Assembly: GCA_963822445.1 (NCBI GenBank)
Contig: CAWGHO010000003.1
Span: 800,001-864,000 of the forward strand
DNA: 64,000 nucleotides
Direction of reading: 5' to 3'
Origin: an uncultured Acidobacteriota bacterium
GTDB lineage: Bacteria; Acidobacteriota; Thermoanaerobaculia; Gp7-AA8
The notes beneath the pieces are model-generated. The model was not told the origin of the DNA. It made no database searches and saw only the letters and a list, made by a program, of their open reading frames with translations. Shown in pieces: positions 60,676 to 64,000 of this stretch. The position numbers and the translations under genes were made by a program. Every line of letters starts with the position of its first letter. Position 1 is the first letter of the stretch.

Positions 60676-61899
60676 TTATTGCTGAGGATCGTCCAGCAGC
60701 CGCTTCGCGACTTCACGCGCATACGACCGCGCTTCTTCCGGGGCGATGTCGCCGTTCCAGACAGCCTCGCGAGTCTGCTCGAGCGCTTTGGCGACGTGCG
60801 GTCCGCCGGGCACTTCGAGATCGTTGCCGCGCAGCGGCAGTTTGAATTCCTCGAACTCCCGCCAGCGGGCGATCAATGGCGCTTCGGCGGGACGCTCAAT
60901 GGCGATGACGGCGAGCATTTCCGGCGAGACACCGCGATAAAGACGGAAGCGCCGAGCATCGTCCGGCGCATCCGCCAGCGACTCTTCGAATCGCGGCACT
61001 TCGTTCGCGATCTCCACGACGGCGCGGCCCCGCTTCTGCGAAAAGCCGGAGCCTTCGAAATCGACAGGGGAGGCGTCGCCGCGAAGGAGGACGCCGGTGT
61101 AAATCACGTAGCGATCGAGCTCGGAATTACCCGCGAGCTGCTCATGCACGCGCTCCAACTGCTTCTGCAGGTTTTCGCTGCGGCGCGGCCCGAACAGGAC
61201 CTCGAGCGCCCCTTCGCGTGCCAGGGCGGCCAGCACTCTCGGCGCTTCCTGTTCGTCCATCGCCAGAAACAGCTCCCGCCAGATGCGCTCGCGCGAGACC
61301 GTGCCGAGGGCGTTGGCCTCGATGGCTTCGCGCATCAGCTTCGCCGTATCGGGATGGATCTCGAATCCGAGGCGCGTCGCGAGGCGGATGGCGCGGAAGA
61401 TCCGGGTGGGATCGTCGATGAAGCTGCGGTCGTGCAGGACGCGGACGACGCCGTCGCGGATGTCCCGCGCGCCATGCGCCGGATCGTGAATCTTGCCGTC
61501 GAGCAGATCGAGGGCCACGGCATTGATGCTGAAGTCGCGGCGAAGGAGGTCGTCCTTGAGACGGCCGGCAGTTACCGCCGGAAGAGCTCCCGGCTGGCGG
61601 TAACGCTCCTTGCGCGCGGTGGCGATGTCGATCTCCGGCATGCCCTGCGCGGTGACTTTGTAGGTCAGGAACTGCGGAAAGGAGCGAACCCGCCCTTCGA
61701 TCTTCTTGGCCAGCGCCCGGGCCAGCGTGGAGCCGCCTTCCTCCAAGGTCAGGTCGACGTCGATGGCGTGGCGGCCTAAGAGGAGGTCGCGGACCGGGCC
61801 GCCGACGAGATACGGGCGGCACTCCTTCTCCACGGCGACCTCTTTGACCAGGTCGATGGCGCGTTTCTGTGGATAGGGCAGGTCTAGAAGCGGTTTCAT
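60676..61899 (-). CDS. Class II tRNA nucleotidyltransferase (CCA- or A-adding type)
   Basis: VGGPVRD..DVD, DDLLRRDFSINA, SFIDDPTRIFR. Confidence 0.9.
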   Translation of the reverse strand: MKPLLDLPYPQKRAIDLVKEVAVEKECRPYLVGGPVRDLLLGRHAIDVDLTLEEGGSTLARALAKKIEGRVRSFPQFLTYKVTAQGMPEIDIATARKERYRQPGALPAVTAGRLKDDLLRRDFSINAVALDLLDGKIHDPAHGARDIRDGVVRVLHDRSFIDDPTRIFRAIRLATRLGFEIHPDTAKLMREAIEANALGTVSRERIWRELFLAMDEQEAPRVLAALAREGALEVLFGPRRSENLQKQLERVHEQLAGNSELDRYVIYTGVLLRGDASPVDFEGSGFSQKRGRAVVEIANEVPRFEESLADAPDDARRFRLYRGVSPEMLAVIAIERPAEAPLIARWREFEEFKLPLRGNDLEVPGGPHVAKALEQTREAVWNGDIAPEEARSYAREVAKRLLDDPQQ

Positions 61900-62687
61900 T
61901 GGATGAGCGTCTGGTACATGTGCAGCAGCACGCGAAGGCGCTGACTCGCCCTGAATTTTCCTGCCGTTTGCCGTGCTGCCGCTACCTTGTTCGAAGCCAC
62001 CTCTGGTTTGAACAGGGCGGACAGTATCGCATGAGTCATCTCGTTGGGATCGCCGGGTGGAACGAGCAAACCGGTGCGTCCCTGTTCGAGCCTGGCGGCG
62101 TTCACGGGCGTCCTCGACGCAACTACCGGCAGCCCCACGACTAACGCCTCGGCGACGAATCCGTCGTAGTCATTTTCCGAGGCCGCCGGGTCGACCCAGA
62201 GGTCTACACGGGATAGATCTTCGGGGGTCGGAACGTGATCGAAAAGGCGCCAGGTGACGTCGTCGCGCACGCGCTGAATTCTGGCCAGGCTCTGCTCGAC
62301 GATCCGGCGGACGGACTCCCTTCCGAATGTGCCGACGACTTTGCCCGCTTGCCGCGTGAACTCTCGTTTTTCAAAGTACGCAACTTCAACCGCTTCAGGA
62401 AGTTCCAGCGGCGTGACCACGTAGCCGGGCGGCACCGGCTTGCGGAACGACCAGCGCGAGCTTTTGAGGTTTGCGGAGGCAACGTAGGGGATCGGGAACC
62501 CAACGAAAGCGCGGGCCGGCAGCTCGGTTGAAGCGTAGATGTGAGCGACCTGCGCGCCGCTTCCGGCGACCTCATCGAGAGACGTGGCGAGGACCTCGTG
62601 ACGCTCCGCGAGCGCCGCCGAATCGACCCGTTGCGACTTGCGCTCGTACTCCGACGCATCCGCCAAAACGACCTGGGCTATCCGCAT
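61896..62687 (-). CDS. Glycosyltransferase family 4-like protein (short, divergent)
   Basis: EALVVGLPVVAS..TGLLVPPGD C-terminal GT-B motif. Confidence 0.75.
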   Translation of the reverse strand: MRIAQVVLADASEYERKSQRVDSAALAERHEVLATSLDEVAGSGAQVAHIYASTELPARAFVGFPIPYVASANLKSSRWSFRKPVPPGYVVTPLELPEAVEVAYFEKREFTRQAGKVVGTFGRESVRRIVEQSLARIQRVRDDVTWRLFDHVPTPEDLSRVDLWVDPAASENDYDGFVAEALVVGLPVVASRTPVNAARLEQGRTGLLVPPGDPNEMTHAILSALFKPEVASNKVAAARQTAGKFRASQRLRVLLHMYQTLIQ

Positions 62688-62696
62688 GGGCGTAGA

Positions 62697-63995
62697 ATGA
62701 ACAACTTACGCGCCATGATCTCGCAGGCCGGCATCTATAGCGACCGCGGCGACCTCATCGATCTGTTGCGGCAACGCTGCCCCGACTGGACGTTCGAGCC
62801 GGAGGGAGAACCGCGCGACGCCTGCCGTATCGCCGTTGCCGATGCGGGGACCGAACGCCCGTCCGGTAAAAGCGTCGTTCGGATCATGCTGACCGAGGAC
62901 AGTGCAGGGCCGGAGCGGCGGAAGGGCGAGCTGCTGATCGATCGCCAGACCTTTCTCGCCGGCCCGCGCGATTACCTCGCCTTCGCCGCCGATCTTGCCG
63001 ACGCCGCGGTGCATGCGTCATCGCTCGAGCAGGAGACGTCGTACCTCCGCCAGATTCACGAACTGATGACGATGGTGGAGGCGGAGTCGGTATCGGAGCG
63101 GATCACCTCCACGGTCCTCGAGCTTCTCGACCTCGAGATCGGCACGCTGTTTCTCCACGACCCGCGACTCGAACGTTACGTGGTGAGCTACACCAACGAT
63201 CCCGGCTACGAAGAGACCTCGGAGTTTCTGCCTGGGATCCCGCCCGACGTGCTGCAGCAGGCGCTGTCCTCTCCGGATCTCTTCGCGGTCGCGTCGGGGA
63301 TGATGATCATGCCCCTGCAGGTCCGCGAGGACCTTCTCGGCGTGATCAAGGTCCCGCTGCCCGACGACAAGGCACTCACCGCAGAAAGAACAGCGGCCGT
63401 GACGAAGTACCTCGGCGCAGTCGCGCAGGTCCTGAGCAACATCTATCAGCTCACCCGCAGCCGCGACCTGGCCATGCGCGACGACCTGACCAAGGCATAC
63501 AACCGCCGCTTTTTCGAGACCTACCTCGACGAGGAGATCGAGCGCTCCCGCCGCTACGGCACGCTGTTCAGCGTGATCTTCCTCGACCTCGATGACTTGA
63601 AGATGGTGAACAGTTTCTACGGTCACCTGAGCGGCTCGAGGACGTTGCAGGAAGTAGCCAAGCGAATTCTCAGCGCCGTCCGCGGCATCGACAAAGTGGT
63701 TCGCTTCGGCGGCGATGAGTTCTGCGTGATCCTCCCCCAGACCGATCAGGACCAGGCGATCCTCGTTGCGAACCGCATCGCCCGCTCGATTACCGCCAGC
63801 CCTCTGACGATCGATTCGAACGTCGCCGTGTCCATCACGGCCAGCTTCGGCATCGCTACGTACCCGATCCACGCCATGACCAAAGAAGCCCTGATCCGCC
63901 AGGCCGACGCCGCGATGTACCGCGTGAAGTCGACGACGAAGAATGCGGTGGGGGTGGCGGTGGTGGAGGCGGGGTCGGTGGGCGGGCGCGGTTAG
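62697..63995 (+). CDS. GAF-GGDEF diguanylate cyclase
   Basis: GAF-like region, DDLTKAYNRR, RGID I-site, RFGGDEF. Confidence 0.93.
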   Translation: MNNLRAMISQAGIYSDRGDLIDLLRQRCPDWTFEPEGEPRDACRIAVADAGTERPSGKSVVRIMLTEDSAGPERRKGELLIDRQTFLAGPRDYLAFAADLADAAVHASSLEQETSYLRQIHELMTMVEAESVSERITSTVLELLDLEIGTLFLHDPRLERYVVSYTNDPGYEETSEFLPGIPPDVLQQALSSPDLFAVASGMMIMPLQVREDLLGVIKVPLPDDKALTAERTAAVTKYLGAVAQVLSNIYQLTRSRDLAMRDDLTKAYNRRFFETYLDEEIERSRRYGTLFSVIFLDLDDLKMVNSFYGHLSGSRTLQEVAKRILSAVRGIDKVVRFGGDEFCVILPQTDQDQAILVANRIARSITASPLTIDSNVAVSITASFGIATYPIHAMTKEALIRQADAAMYRVKSTTKNAVGVAVVEAGSVGGRG

Positions 63996-64000
63996 TAGGC

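Overview
GC-rich bacterial DNA. The gene content (several eukaryotic-like Ser/Thr kinases with TolB/TPR or beta-propeller tails, DUF4388, HYR, M14 peptidase) suggests Acidobacteriota, possibly Thermoanaerobaculia; this is inference only. Bases 1-~12450 form an accessory defence island: type I R-M genes (partial hsdS and hsdR) split by an Abi/HEPN-like gene and a DUF433 antitoxin whose toxin is reduced to a remnant, then radC, a 66-aa Cys/His protein, a DUF429 nuclease, a decayed Mrr-like gene, and an uncharacterised three-gene operon (two coiled-coil/multi-TM proteins plus an exported vWA-like protein), which is the best candidate for an undescribed system. The rest is mostly core and signalling genes (arsC, rfbD, 2 GGDEF, 3 kinases, RluA, ABC, lolE-like, carA, MCM, ybeY-phoH-rsmD, tRNA nucleotidyltransferase), two TA pairs and a beta-propeller + MoaD/ThiS pair. 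Notable non-coding structure: three intergenic hairpins built from inverted tandem 7-8-mer arrays with unrelated units, several REP-like palindrome families, and many genes with a TANNNT box 6-8 nt before the start codon (probably leaderless). No tRNA, rRNA, CRISPR, transposase or integrase was seen. Family assignments come from motif recognition, not database searches.
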